Positions 46,733 to 57,037 are shown, counted from the first letter of the stretch. The stretch: 64,000 bases of DNA from an uncultured Thermoplasmata archaeon (GCA_963735185.1 CAVTJV010000007.1:1343009-1407008), one strand, 5' to 3'. The notes: generated by a model from the sequence alone, not told the origin. Made by a program: numbers and translations.

Positions 46733-46809
46733 CCGCGCTCATCGCGGTCCGCCCTCGACCGCGCGGGTCGCAGATACAGCCCGCGCGGCGCCTGCCGCCC
46801 GCGCGAGCA

Positions 46810-47391
46810 TTATCGCGGCGAACTCGACTCGTCGGGTTCGGGATGATAACGGAGGAAGACAACGCCGCTCGCAAAGCGAGAGGAATCCAGCAGTTTCAGG
46901 TTGAGCCGCAGTTTCTTTGGTAGCCACGGCTTCCCGCCGCCGACGATCATCGGGACGACATACTGCTGAAGCTCGTCGACCAGCCCGGCTCTGATGGCCT
47001 GCCCTGTAACGTCCGCACCCCCCACGGACAGGTCGTGGCTGGTCGTCGCCTTGAGGCGTCGTACCGCTTCGGGGTCAAAGCTTGGTTCGATTCGTGTCTT
47101 GGCACTCGACGCCGACTTCAGCGTCCGTGAGTAGACCACTTTCTCGGCGGCTTGCCACATCTGGGTGAAGTCCCGCTCAAGGACCGATTCGCTCCCATCG
47201 AGAGGTGCCGTCTCCCAGTAGAGCATCGACTCGTACATCCGACGCCCATAGAGGTACGTCCCGATCGGTCGCTCAAGCTCGGTGATGAAGCTGAACACTT
47301 CTTCGTCCGGCACAAACCAGCGAAAGTTGCCTTCGGAGTCCTCAACGTAGCCGTCCAAGGAGGTGATGGCCGAATAGATGAGGCGTGACAT
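46810..47391 (-). CDS. RibD C-terminal domain / DHFR-like family protein
   Basis: MSRLIYSAITSLDGYVED, YLYGRRMYE, and GGADVTGQAIRAGLVDELQQYVVPMIVGGGKPW. Confidence 0.75.
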   Translation of the reverse strand: MSRLIYSAITSLDGYVEDSEGNFRWFVPDEEVFSFITELERPIGTYLYGRRMYESMLYWETAPLDGSESVLERDFTQMWQAAEKVVYSRTLKSASSAKTRIEPSFDPEAVRRLKATTSHDLSVGGADVTGQAIRAGLVDELQQYVVPMIVGGGKPWLPKKLRLNLKLLDSSRFASGVVFLRYHPEPDESSSPR

Positions 47392-47688
47392 AGGGCCCTC
47401 GGCTCGCTCACTTACCAAATAGTCCTTCTCCCGCGAGCCGGACGTTTGTCGCTTCCGCGAATCGGGGCGCGCTCATAGCGGTCCCTTCTCTGGACGAACC
47501 TCTGGGGTTCGTCCGCTCGGGAAGGGCGAGCCGTTCCGACTCGACCGCGCGCGCTTCATGGAGCCCGCGCCGTCGCCGCTTTCGGGTCTCGCGTGGTTAG
47601 TCCCTTTGTCCCGAAAGGGGCGGAATCTGTCACCCCCGGCCCGGCGAGTACGACGGTCTGACGTGAGTCAGCTGTTCCCCGCTTTCTA

Positions 47689-49053
47689 TCAGAAGACGAG
47701 GGAGACCGTGCCCGCCCCGGAGTTGGAGACGAACCCGGTCTTGGTGGCGGCGTCATATACATACCCCCCCGCGGGCCCTAGACCGAAGATGAGGGTCGCA
47801 ACCACCTTGTTCGTGCTCGAGATGACCGTCGCGTTGGTCTTCACGGGCGTACCGGTGGCGTTCGAATCTCCGACTACGAGGACGTCGCCGTTGCCCGGGT
47901 CGTAGACCGCGATGAACGGGTATTGCTTCACGGTGAGGTTCGTGCCGGTCCACTTGTTCGTGCTGGCGTTGACGACGTAGGTCTTGTTCGACCCCTGGCA
48001 CGGAATGTAGATGTCTAGGGTCTTGGGCGAGTACGCGAGTTCCCCGGGCTGGACGCCCACGTGGAGGGTCGCCACGACCTTGTTCGCCGTGCTGATGACG
48101 CTGACAGTCGATTTGGGGTAGGCATGGGTGGTCTTGTTCTGGACCCCCCAGTCCGAGACGTAGACGTCGTGGTTTGCCGGATCGAGGAACGCGAAGACCG
48201 GGAACGCGCCGACCTTGATCGTCGCGGCGACGGTGTTGTTGGGCCTCAGCACCGTGACGTTTCCAGTGGGGGTTTGCCCTTTGGAAGTGATCCCCAGGTC
48301 GAGGATATAGAGGTCCTTCGAAGCCGGGTTGTAGATGCTGAAGGCGGGGTCGAGCCCAGCCGGTAGCGTCACGGTGGTCACGGCGTTCGTAGAGCTGTTG
48401 ACAACCGAGAGCTTGCCGGAGGTAGAGTCCGAAACGACCACGCACTTGGACGCGTTGTCGTAGGCCATGTCGTACGCCCCGGCGGCCACATGGATGGTCG
48501 TTACGACCTGGGTCGTCTTGTCGACCTTCGAGACGTTGTAGTAGAACGTGGCAGGAGGTACGAACCCGGTCGAGAGGCCGTAGACGTCGCCGTTCGCGGG
48601 GTCATAGAGCGGAGCGGCGCCCGTGAGGCTCCCCTGGATCTTCACGGTCGAGACGACCTTGTCGGCCGTGCTGATGACCGAGTAGTTCGAGGAGCCGAAA
48701 TTCTCCACATACAGATCCTTGTTAGAGGGATTGTAAAGAAGGGTCGTCGGCTGGAGACCAACCCTGATCGTCTTCACGACAGTGTTCGTCGTGGCGTTGA
48801 TCACGCTGACCGAATTCGACCTCTCATTTGCCACGTAGACCTCGTGGGTCGCGGGGTCGAGAACCACGGCGGTGGGGTCCTTCCCGACCGTGAGCGTCTT
48901 GATTACGGAGATGGCGGGCACCAGAGTCCCGGGGGAGGAGACCGTCCCTCCGGGAGCGCGAGTCGAAGGGCTTGCACCGAAGGCCGATGCACAGATCAGG
49001 AGCGCCAACACCAAGCCCACTACGAGCGGTCCAACCGTTCCAAGCCGTTTCAT
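47689..49053 (-). CDS. Secreted YVTN-family beta-propeller repeat protein
   Basis: Signal MKRLGTVGPLVVGLVLALLICASAFGA, then repeated units of about 40 aa (YVANERSNSVSVINATTNTVVKTIRVG; LYVENFGSSNYSVISTADKVV; and others). I trimmed the start to the ATG at 49053. Confidence 0.8.
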   Translation of the reverse strand: MKRLGTVGPLVVGLVLALLICASAFGASPSTRAPGGTVSSPGTLVPAISVIKTLTVGKDPTAVVLDPATHEVYVANERSNSVSVINATTNTVVKTIRVGLQPTTLLYNPSNKDLYVENFGSSNYSVISTADKVVSTVKIQGSLTGAAPLYDPANGDVYGLSTGFVPPATFYYNVSKVDKTTQVVTTIHVAAGAYDMAYDNASKCVVVSDSTSGKLSVVNSSTNAVTTVTLPAGLDPAFSIYNPASKDLYILDLGITSKGQTPTGNVTVLRPNNTVAATIKVGAFPVFAFLDPANHDVYVSDWGVQNKTTHAYPKSTVSVISTANKVVATLHVGVQPGELAYSPKTLDIYIPCQGSNKTYVVNASTNKWTGTNLTVKQYPFIAVYDPGNGDVLVVGDSNATGTPVKTNATVISSTNKVVATLIFGLGPAGGYVYDAATKTGFVSNSGAGTVSLVF

Positions 49054-49494
49054 TTGGGTTTCCGGCCCCAGACGGGGCACCGAACCTGAACAAGTCGGGT
49101 ACAAAAGGGTCTCGGTTTCCACGAACCGGATCTGAGCGCCTCGGTCTGTCACATCATGGGCGAATTCGAGTCGGAAGTGTCGAGGACGGGGGTACCTGGA
49201 CGAGCCATTCCCTGCTCGGGACGAACGCATTGGCGTCGATTGCCGACCCATCCCTTCCCGGAAAAGGGTCTGAAACGGGTGGGTTTCCAAACGGAGAGCG
49301 GCAATGCGCTTACCTTCGCGTAGTCCCCGCAACCCTCGCGATCAGACCGCGGCTGGAAGAGCCTCACGTGTCGATCGTGGCGGCTCTCGCTCGAGACTCA
49401 CTGTTTCGGTGTGTCACTCCCAGAGCGGAGATCGCCACGGCCGTAGCTGGGCAAAGAGGGAACGGTTAATCCTTCAGGTCCCTTCGTCGATGGA

Positions 49495-50091
49495 ATGGCG
49501 TCGGCGGTCACGGCCGGAGGCGTTCTCCCGCTGCTCTTGGCCCTGATGTTTGTTGTGTGGATCGGTAGCGAGTTTGTCGGAGCGATGCTCGTGCCCTACC
49601 TCCGTGGAGGAAGGGGATCCGGAACCCGGACGTCGGACCGGGGGTCGGGGGCCGTCATTCTCGTGGGGATGTTCGTGGGTATCGCCGCCATCTCCGTGTT
49701 TGCGAACCTGGGCTACGCTACGTTTCCCTTGGCAGTCGTCGATTCAGGGATTGTCCTCATGGCCGTCGGGATTGTCGTTCGTCAGTGGGCAATAGCGACC
49801 CTCGGCAGGTTCTTCAGCACGCACTTACGGGTCGTGGAGGGCCACCGAATAGTCGATGTCGGACTCTACCGATACGTTCGGCACCCGTCGTACACCGGGG
49901 CGCTCATCATCATGCTCGGTGTGGGTCTCGCCGGGGGTTCATGGGAGGGGCTTGCGGTCATTCTCGGGATCTCAGCCCTCATTTACGGGTACCGTATTCA
50001 CGTCGAGGAAAAGCTCCTGGTCGGTCAATTTGGAATCGAATACCGGACCTACCAAGGTCGGACGAAGCGCGTGATTCCCTTCATCTTCTGA
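49495..50091 (+). CDS. Isoprenylcysteine carboxyl methyltransferase (ICMT) family membrane protein
   Basis: GLYRYVRHPSYTGALIIMLG and EEKLL motifs, with about 5 TM segments. Confidence 0.75.
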   Translation: MASAVTAGGVLPLLLALMFVVWIGSEFVGAMLVPYLRGGRGSGTRTSDRGSGAVILVGMFVGIAAISVFANLGYATFPLAVVDSGIVLMAVGIVVRQWAIATLGRFFSTHLRVVEGHRIVDVGLYRYVRHPSYTGALIIMLGVGLAGGSWEGLAVILGISALIYGYRIHVEEKLLVGQFGIEYRTYQGRTKRVIPFIF

Positions 50092-50225
50092 GGACTCCCG
50101 TCCTCGGTCCGTATCATGAACCTCTCTCCCCCGGGCCGTTTGCCATCACGTCCTCGGTCGCGCGCGTCTTCCGTCAACGGGCCCTTTGCCCTTGGACACT
50201 ATTCCACCACGATTGCTCCGACGGT

Positions 50226-50330
50226 CTTCTAACAAGGGGGTTGCGTAACGGGGGGTTCCCCGATTAGGCGTGGGCTTGGCCCCGTCAATCCCCTTTCGAG
50301 ATTTCGGAAGTGCAATGGTACCGCCAACCG
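50226..50330 (-). repeat. Dispersed repeat, family 1, copy E (reverse orientation)
   Basis: The plus strand AAGGGGGTTGCGTAACGGGGGGTTC (50234-50258) is the reverse complement of GAACCCCCCgtTAcGcAACCCCCTT. A TTGCAC head lies about 50 nt away on the same element strand. Confidence 0.6.
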
Positions 50331-50456
50331 GGGCTGCTTCGGCGGCTCGCTAATCGCTGAGCCTCGTGAAGGGAAGGTCACACGTGCCGTCGTAAGGCCT
50401 CCATTCGACGCCGCTTTATTCTTCGACGAACCAGTCGTGCGCGCAACCGGACCTCC

Positions 50457-51461
50457 ATGCCCCTCTCGAACCTCACGGCAACCGCATTGGCAGGAGTTCA
50501 GGTCGGGCACGCCCAAGACCTCAAACGGCGGACGGGGACGACGGTCGTCCTTCTCAACCCCCCCGCAATGACCTTCGCAAGCATTCATGGGGGATGGCCG
50601 GGTAGCTATGACACGGCTGGTTCTGATCTCGGCAGAACGTTCCTCAATTATCATGCCCTGTTCCTGACCGGCGGTGACATCTACGGATACGACGCGTCGA
50701 TCGGCATTCGACGATTCTTGCTGGACAAGGGGCTAGCCAAGCCCCGGGGTGCAGGGCGCATGCCGGCGATCATGGGAACCAACATCTACGATGTGGACTT
50801 CGGCCCTCTCGAAGGGCGGGACTATGTCGCCCTCGGCGAGAGGGCGTGCCGAAATGCCTCGTCTCGTCCCGTGGTCCAAGGGACGGTGGGGGCGGGAACC
50901 GGGGCAACGGTTGGTCCTTTCTTCGTGGACCGTGGATTGAAGGGGACGAAAGGTGGCCTTGGCAGTAGCGCGGCGAAAGTGGGTCCCTGGACGGTCGGGA
51001 CGGTTGTGGTTACGAACTCGGTAGGGAACGTCTATGACCCATTCGAGGGACGAACCGTCGCGGGTACCCATCGGAGAGGTTCGAAGACGTTCCTAGAAAT
51101 GGACGACGTCCTTGACGACTACCTGAAGCGTTCGTCCACGCGCTTCGGAACCACCATTGGGGTCGTCGGCACGGACGCACCCTTGGACCACGAGCAGCTG
51201 GCTAGACTCGTGGACCTCGCGCACGATGGGCTGGCCCTCGCGGTCCGGCCGGCCCATATGTCAACCGACGGTGACGCCCTCCTCGGGTTCTGTACCGGTA
51301 GACGTCCCCCGAGGCGTCTCGACTACCGCGCGTTCGACGTCTTGCACCGGGTAGCCGTCCGGGAGGTAGCGAGGGCCGCCGTCAATGCGGTTCGGAAGGC
51401 GACCGGTCTCGACGGTTACGCAGGACTCGCCGATGGAGGGCGCGCCTCTCCCGGCCAATAG
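50457..51461 (+). CDS. Peptidase S58 (DmpA / P1 aminopeptidase) family protein
   Basis: GVQVGHAQD...TGTTVVL, LTGGDIYGYDASIGIRRFL, and GTTIGVVGTDAPLDHEQLARLVDLAHDGLALAVRPAHMSTDGDAL. Confidence 0.75.
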   Translation: MPLSNLTATALAGVQVGHAQDLKRRTGTTVVLLNPPAMTFASIHGGWPGSYDTAGSDLGRTFLNYHALFLTGGDIYGYDASIGIRRFLLDKGLAKPRGAGRMPAIMGTNIYDVDFGPLEGRDYVALGERACRNASSRPVVQGTVGAGTGATVGPFFVDRGLKGTKGGLGSSAAKVGPWTVGTVVVTNSVGNVYDPFEGRTVAGTHRRGSKTFLEMDDVLDDYLKRSSTRFGTTIGVVGTDAPLDHEQLARLVDLAHDGLALAVRPAHMSTDGDALLGFCTGRRPPRRLDYRAFDVLHRVAVREVARAAVNAVRKATGLDGYAGLADGGRASPGQ

Positions 51462-51756
51462 ATACTCTTGCACCGTGCTGTCACGACTTAGGTGTGCGGT
51501 AGGAAGTGGGTGCGTCTGAGGCTGAACCCCGGCGGGGATCCGGACCGAGGACTTCGGGAATGTCCAACAGTACTTGCGCCTGCTCAGTCGCGCTCTTCCG
51601 AAAAGGGGGGCGCATGCAATGTACTCCCCGACGGCCATCGTGATGATCGGAGCGACCGCGGGCCGACCCACCGTTGCGCTTACGGTCACATCAGCGCAGG
51701 AGCGCCTTCGCCGTCGTCTCGTCGCAATCTCGGTGTGGAACTCGGCGGCTCTGTTG

Positions 51757-53082
51757 TCAGGGTCGCGGGGCCCGAGCGAGAACCTCGACCGTGGATGGTT
51801 CGACGTATCGAACGGACCGAACTCCGGGTAGCGCCAGCATCAGAATGCCGTTGGCAAAGAACCCGATCGCGGCCATCGCGTAGGTGAAGAGAATGCCATG
51901 GCTGCTCGACAGAAGTCCTCCGAAGATGAGTCCCGCTGGGACCGCAACGAGGGAACCGACCATGTCGATGCTGAGGACGCGGGCCAATACTTCGTTGGGC
52001 ACGATCGCTTGCATCGTCGAGTAGTAGACAGTCCCGATGAAGCCCAGCGCGAAACCGAGAATCGTGGCTCCCGTGAGAGCCCATACGAGGGAACCCCCGA
52101 CCACTAGAAGAACGGTGGCCCCGCCCATCACGAACAAGCTGAGACCCATCACGATCCCGGCGTTGCGACGGGCTCGTAGTTGCCCGACCGAGAGCGCTCC
52201 GGCCGCCGAGCCCGCGGTGAGAGCGGCGACCAGGTAGCCAAACAGAGCGGGGTTGGGTCCGAGGACGACTGCCGCGTAGACTACGAAGAAGTTCGTGACG
52301 AACGGAAAGAGCAGGCTGGCCGGCAGGAAGGCGAGCGTCACCTCGAGCACGGGGAGATGATCCCGCATGTAGGCCAAGCCTTCGAGCAGCTCTCCGCGGA
52401 TCGAGTGGGTTGTGACCCCCCCGCCCTCGCGGGCTCGGCCGAGCTCGGGGGCAATCTGGAGGAGCAGTATGGCGGAGACCGCGTACGTGGCCGCATTCAG
52501 CCCGAGTCCGGCAGTGGCACCGATGAAAGCGATTGCGAGGCCGCCGGCTCCGGCCCCGACCGTGTAACCAAGCTGGGACGCGGCAGATAGCACGCCGTTC
52601 GCGTCCTCCAGATGACGCTTTGGTACGATGCGGGGGAGGATGGCCTGACTGGCGGGGTAGAAGAGCGCGGAGAAACTGTACACCAACGTCATCACGGCCA
52701 GGACGAGCAGCAGCGAGAAGCCGACCAGGTACAGAGCCACGGCGAGCCCCATCATCGCCAGTGCCCGGATGACATCGGAGGTCACCATCAGCCTGCGACG
52801 ATTGTACCGGTCCGCGAGGACACCCGCCAACAGTCCGAGCACGATGCCCGGCACGACCCCGGTCAGACCGAGGTACGCGACGTCCAGCGCGCTGCCGGTA
52901 AAGTGGTAGATGAGCCAGCTCAGCGAAATCCCAGTAATCGAGCCGCCGATGGCGGAGGTTGTCGTCGACCCGAGGAGGAACCGGAACCCGGGATTCACCC
53001 AGATGGTCAGGGGAGGACGGGTCCCTTTCGGCAATTCGGACAGGGTCGAGGGGCCGCCCAACGACTTCGCCGGGGCTCGCAC
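51757..53082 (-). CDS. MFS transporter
   Basis: About 12 TM segments and a GVLADRYNRRRLM loop motif. Confidence 0.7.
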   Translation of the reverse strand: MRAPAKSLGGPSTLSELPKGTRPPLTIWVNPGFRFLLGSTTTSAIGGSITGISLSWLIYHFTGSALDVAYLGLTGVVPGIVLGLLAGVLADRYNRRRLMVTSDVIRALAMMGLAVALYLVGFSLLLVLAVMTLVYSFSALFYPASQAILPRIVPKRHLEDANGVLSAASQLGYTVGAGAGGLAIAFIGATAGLGLNAATYAVSAILLLQIAPELGRAREGGGVTTHSIRGELLEGLAYMRDHLPVLEVTLAFLPASLLFPFVTNFFVVYAAVVLGPNPALFGYLVAALTAGSAAGALSVGQLRARRNAGIVMGLSLFVMGGATVLLVVGGSLVWALTGATILGFALGFIGTVYYSTMQAIVPNEVLARVLSIDMVGSLVAVPAGLIFGGLLSSSHGILFTYAMAAIGFFANGILMLALPGVRSVRYVEPSTVEVLARAPRP

Positions 53083-53342
53083 CGTAAGTCGCTACATGAA
53101 GGTGCCTTTTCTCCCGGCCCTGTGCGCGGGGTCCTTTGCTTTCGTATAGACGCGGCCGTCACTCATCGTGTCCCTTAGCAACGACTGCGTTGACCGTCTC
53201 TGCCAGGCCTGCAGGGTTGCTGCGGTTGACGCCGGTTCTGAGGATCGCGCCTCATGCCCATGTCTGGGGGCTTATTTGGTAAGGGACGCCATCCCGAGCT
53301 TATGCAGGACGCGTTGGTCGCAAACCCGAAGGATGGTCAACC

Positions 53343-53786
53343 GTGACCGAACATCCGTACCTTGCTACCATCCGCAGGTACTACGACGGATGCAATCGGG
53401 GCGACATTGATCTCATGATTTCTACCTTTACGCCGGATGTGGTGCACTACTTTTCGGACTCGCATTTACCTCCTGAGCAGCGAGGACCTATCCGGGGCGC
53501 GGCTGCATTAGCGAAGTACTGGGCAAGTTGGCAGAAAGGAGGACATTCGGCCCGGTGGTCGGTCGACCACGGGATTGTCGAGGGAAACGAGGCGGCGATC
53601 GAGTGGTCGGTGGTGCTCAGGGGTCCAAGGGGCGGGAACCGCCGATTGCTTCGAGGGACGGAGTGGTACGTGTTCAGGAGGGGGAAGATCGCGGAGGTTC
53701 GGGCGTATTACCATTACACCAGTCGAACCACCGTAAACGAGCTTGGGGGCTTCCCCTACGCCAAAAGGGGCTATCCGGGGACGTAG
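53343..53786 (+). CDS. SnoaL-like / NTF2-fold protein
   Basis: IRRYYDGCNRGDIDLMISTFTPDVVHY and a late GKIAEVRAYY, typical of SnoaL-like folds. Confidence 0.65.
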   Translation: MTEHPYLATIRRYYDGCNRGDIDLMISTFTPDVVHYFSDSHLPPEQRGPIRGAAALAKYWASWQKGGHSARWSVDHGIVEGNEAAIEWSVVLRGPRGGNRRLLRGTEWYVFRRGKIAEVRAYYHYTSRTTVNELGGFPYAKRGYPGT

Positions 53787-53869
53787 CGGCGTTCGAAAGG
53801 ATACCAACATTGCGCCAGAGGGGCGCGGGTTGACGAAGGGGCTCCTTGTCGGTAGTTTTGCGCCCTCCC

Positions 53870-53950
53870 CGGTTGCACTAACCGTTTTCCAACGAGGGGG
53901 TTGTCTAAGCCCCCGAAATCGATGCGAGGCTTCGCCCTCGTGCAGTAGTC
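53870..53950 (-). repeat. Dispersed repeat, family 1, copy D (reverse orientation, degenerate head)
   Basis: The plus strand GAGGGGGTTGTCTAA (53894-53908) is the reverse complement of TTAGACAACCCCCTC. The flanking sequence ttggAAAACGGttagtGCAAC parallels the AGAAATCG tails of copies A-C. Confidence 0.6.
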
Positions 53951-54178
53951 GGTGATGAACCGAACGTCTTGGGAACGACCGCCTCGATTGCCGCTGTCAT
54001 CCCTTCGCGGGCTGTGGCCTAAATCCCCCTGGTCGACATCGAGTGATGCCGACCGATGATGCGTGCAATCGACATCGCGCCCAGTCGTGCCTCTCCGAGC
54101 GAGCAGGCAACGGTGCTCACAGGTCGATGCGGTGACGCCGGGATTCGAATGGGTTGAGGCGGGTCGCCCCCGCGAGTC

Positions 54179-54337
54179 TCACTTCTTCTTCCGGTGGACT
54201 TCTTTGTGCAGGGTAACCACGACGGCGTGGAGCTTGTCCACCTCGGCGTGAAACTTCTTGTGGATGTTATCGACTTCCTTGTGGAGCGCGTCGAGCTCCC
54301 GATGCAGCGCGACTAGTTCCTTGTGTTCTCCGGTCAT
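54179..54337 (-). CDS. Unannotated 52-aa His-rich coiled-coil micro-protein
   Basis: Hand translation: MTGEHKELVALHRELDALHKEVDNIHKKFHAEVDKLHAVVVTLHKEVHRKKK*. GAGGG lies 7 nt upstream of the ATG. Histidines at 5, 12, 19, 26, 30, 37, 44 and 48. The ORF is below the track's size cutoff. Confidence 0.5.
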   Translation of the reverse strand: MTGEHKELVALHRELDALHKEVDNIHKKFHAEVDKLHAVVVTLHKEVHRKKK

Positions 54338-54528
54338 GACGGTCCCTCAGTCGGCAATGCTCCGGTAGGTCTTCAATGCTGTGGCTAGCCATTGATTTCG
54401 CGAGACTACCGCTGGCCGGACTGTCATGACCACCGGCCCGATCGTGTCAAGACGAAGTGGGTCCGATTCTCCCTCGCGATTCATTCGGAATTGCAACGCG
54501 CCTTGCATCCACTTGAACCGCAGCCCCG

Positions 54529-55122
54529 CTACTTCCACTTCCCTCGGACCGATTCGTAGTGGAGCAGGAGCTCTCCATCCTCCATCGTCTTCGAGGTGAG
54601 GAGCTTCAACGTCCGCTGCTTGCTCAGAGCGCCCCAGTACTTGGGTCCCTGACCGTAGACGACAGGCTGTATGACTAACCAGTAGTCGTCGGCGAGATCC
54701 TTCCGGAGGAACTCGAGGATGAGGCGCGGGCCCCCCTCTGCAATGATGTTCCCGCCCTTCTCCTTCTTGATCTTCGCCACGATCTTCGAGAGGTCGCCCC
54801 GCATGACCCGCGAGTTTTCCCAACCTGGCGACTTCAAGCGTGTCGAGAGACATACCTTCTCGACACGGTCGAGCCAGCGCGAATAGTCGACGAGGTACTG
54901 GGGGTCGTCTGGCGTTCGTGCCGTCTCGGTCCAGACTCTCCGGTGGCCGGTGAACGACCTTCGGCCCATGATCACGGTGGTGACATCGTCGAACCGATTG
55001 ATCCACATCTCGCGCCAAAAGTCGTTGGCCTCTTTCGTGACTCTGTCCGAGCCCGGGTACTTCGGGAATGCGCCGCGCCCGTCCAGCGTCATATACAGAT
55101 TGGCGGTGATCTTTCGACTCAT
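54529..55122 (-). CDS. RibD C-terminal domain / DHFR-like family protein
   Basis: MSRKITANLYMTLDG, VIMGRRSF, and GGPRLILEFLRKDLADDYWLVIQPVVYGQGPKYW. I trimmed the start from 55596 to the ATG at 55122. Confidence 0.75.
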   Translation of the reverse strand: MSRKITANLYMTLDGRGAFPKYPGSDRVTKEANDFWREMWINRFDDVTTVIMGRRSFTGHRRVWTETARTPDDPQYLVDYSRWLDRVEKVCLSTRLKSPGWENSRVMRGDLSKIVAKIKKEKGGNIIAEGGPRLILEFLRKDLADDYWLVIQPVVYGQGPKYWGALSKQRTLKLLTSKTMEDGELLLHYESVRGKWK

Positions 55123-55277
55123 CGATGCTCTCCTACGCGGGGGCTTGGATATACTCTGGCCCTTCCCCTTTCGGACCGTCCCTCGAGAAACGGAGGTAAA
55201 TCGCCCCGGGAAACATTCTTCCTCGGGAGAACGCGCGCGACTCGAGTCACGCAACTGCAGGTTGCCAACACCTACGT

Positions 55278-56336
55278 TTAGGGTCGCATCTCGAACACAC
55301 GGTTGAACGGAGTCTCGGTCGCCTTTCGAACCCGGGCGAATCCGCCCGTGCGGAACACTTCCTCGAGACTCGAGTCGGAGGCTTGCGCGCCGAGGCCACT
55401 GCCGACCTCCTGGGAGAGAGAGGCCGGGACGCAGATGAGGAGGGATGCGTTGTAGAAGACGCGTCCGACAGGAGTGAAGTTCTCCGCGACCATTTCCTTG
55501 GCGAACGGCTCGACGACCATCCAAGTCCCGTCGGGCTTCAGGGACTGGAGGACATGGCATCCGGCTCCGACCGGGTCGCCCATATCGTGGAGACAATCGA
55601 AGAACGTCACGAGATCGTAGTCCTTGCCGGGGTAGTCCTTCGCGGTGGATACCTCGAAGTCGGTGTTGCCGGTCACTCCTTCGGTGACCGCATCGTTACG
55701 CGCCCATTCGACCGACTCGGCATGGTAGTCGAATCCTACGAACTGCGACTTCGGGAACGCCTTGGCCATGATGATCGTCGATGCGCCGAGGCCACAACCC
55801 ACGTCGGCGACGCGCGCACCCTTCCGAAGCTTCTCGACCACTCCGTCCAGGCTCGGCAACCAGCTGCTGACGAGGTTCGCGAGGTATCCGGGCCGGAAGA
55901 ACTTCTTCGTTCCCATGAAGAGGTCGACGTGGTGCTCATGCCAACCCATCCCCTTCCCGGTCTTGATGGCCTCCGCAATCTTCCGCTGGTCCTTGTAGAC
56001 CGAGGCAACGGTGTAGAAAGCCCCGGGAATGTACAGGGGGCTCTCTTCGTTGGTCATCGCGTACGCCTGCTCCGGCGTCATCGAGTACCGGTTCGATGCG
56101 GAATCGTACTCCACGTACCCCGCCGCCGCCTGGCCGGCCAGCCATTCCCTAAGATACCGCTCGAGAGTCCCTGTCGTCTCCGCGAGCTCCTCCGAGGTAG
56201 TGGGCCCCTTCGCAGCGAGGGCCTTGTAGAGACCGAGTTGCTCCCCGATCAGTATCGAGGGGCCGGTGATCGCTGCCCCCATGTCATTCAGAAACTTCCC
56301 CGCGAGCGCGTTCATCTTGTCCGGATCGACGGGCAT
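55278..56336 (-). CDS. Class I SAM-dependent methyltransferase with N-terminal winged-helix domain (Rv2258c-like architecture)
   Basis: SAM motif I VADVGCGLGAST, FDYH, and DLVTFFDCLHDMGDP. The N-terminal region LGLYKALAAKGPTTSEELAETTG is wHTH-like. Confidence 0.75.
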   Translation of the reverse strand: MPVDPDKMNALAGKFLNDMGAAITGPSILIGEQLGLYKALAAKGPTTSEELAETTGTLERYLREWLAGQAAAGYVEYDSASNRYSMTPEQAYAMTNEESPLYIPGAFYTVASVYKDQRKIAEAIKTGKGMGWHEHHVDLFMGTKKFFRPGYLANLVSSWLPSLDGVVEKLRKGARVADVGCGLGASTIIMAKAFPKSQFVGFDYHAESVEWARNDAVTEGVTGNTDFEVSTAKDYPGKDYDLVTFFDCLHDMGDPVGAGCHVLQSLKPDGTWMVVEPFAKEMVAENFTPVGRVFYNASLLICVPASLSQEVGSGLGAQASDSSLEEVFRTGGFARVRKATETPFNRVFEMRP

Positions 56337-56479
56337 GGTGAATTAGCCCGCGATTAAGGGGTGGGAGATAAACCTACCGAAACCGGGTTTTCGGTTGCGG
56401 CCACTTCTCTGGGTGCAATCGTGCGATACGCCCTTGAACCACGGCGGGGGACGCGGCGAGGTGCCTCGATTCGGAGACC

Positions 56480-57037
56480 TTAATGGCGCTTTTGCGAAGG
56501 TTTTTCGAGAATCAGGTCGAAGAAGTGCCAATGCTTTCGGCCGGAGAACGACAGTCCCTCCTCCTCGGTTTCTCGAAACATGTCGACTCGGTAGCCTCGT
56601 GTCAGAGCCCGCGCCTGGCGAAGCGTGTGGAAGACCAATGGCCGCTCTCCGACCCATTCATCGCGGCTGCCGAACAGCTGCCCCGCGAAGTGGCCACCGG
56701 GAACGAGGGCCTGACGGATGTTCTCCCAGACCCCGGGAAACTCACCGCGAGGGCAGAACGGGAGAGAGAAGCTGGCGTAGATCAGGTCTGCCTTCGGGAA
56801 TCGGAGGTCTTCCATGCGAGATGCCTGAAGGGTCAGCGACCGACGAAGGAGAGGGGGGACGCGTTCTCCAAGGAATTCTATGGCCTCGGGCTGCTGATCG
56901 GTTGCGATCACACGCCAGCCACGACGAAGCAGTTCCAATGCGTCCGTGCCCGCCCCGCACCCTATCTCGATAGCCACCCGCGTCCGCCGCGGTTTCCTTC
57001 CCTCCCATTCGAGTTGCTGGAGAGTTCGGAGGAGCAA
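56480..57037 (-). CDS. Class I SAM-dependent methyltransferase (TehB/small-molecule MTase-like)
   Basis: VAIEIGCGAGTDALELLRRGWRVIATD, and DLIYASFSLPF. Confidence 0.7.
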   Translation of the reverse strand: MLLRTLQQLEWEGRKPRRTRVAIEIGCGAGTDALELLRRGWRVIATDQQPEAIEFLGERVPPLLRRSLTLQASRMEDLRFPKADLIYASFSLPFCPRGEFPGVWENIRQALVPGGHFAGQLFGSRDEWVGERPLVFHTLRQARALTRGYRVDMFRETEEEGLSFSGRKHWHFFDLILEKPSQKRH

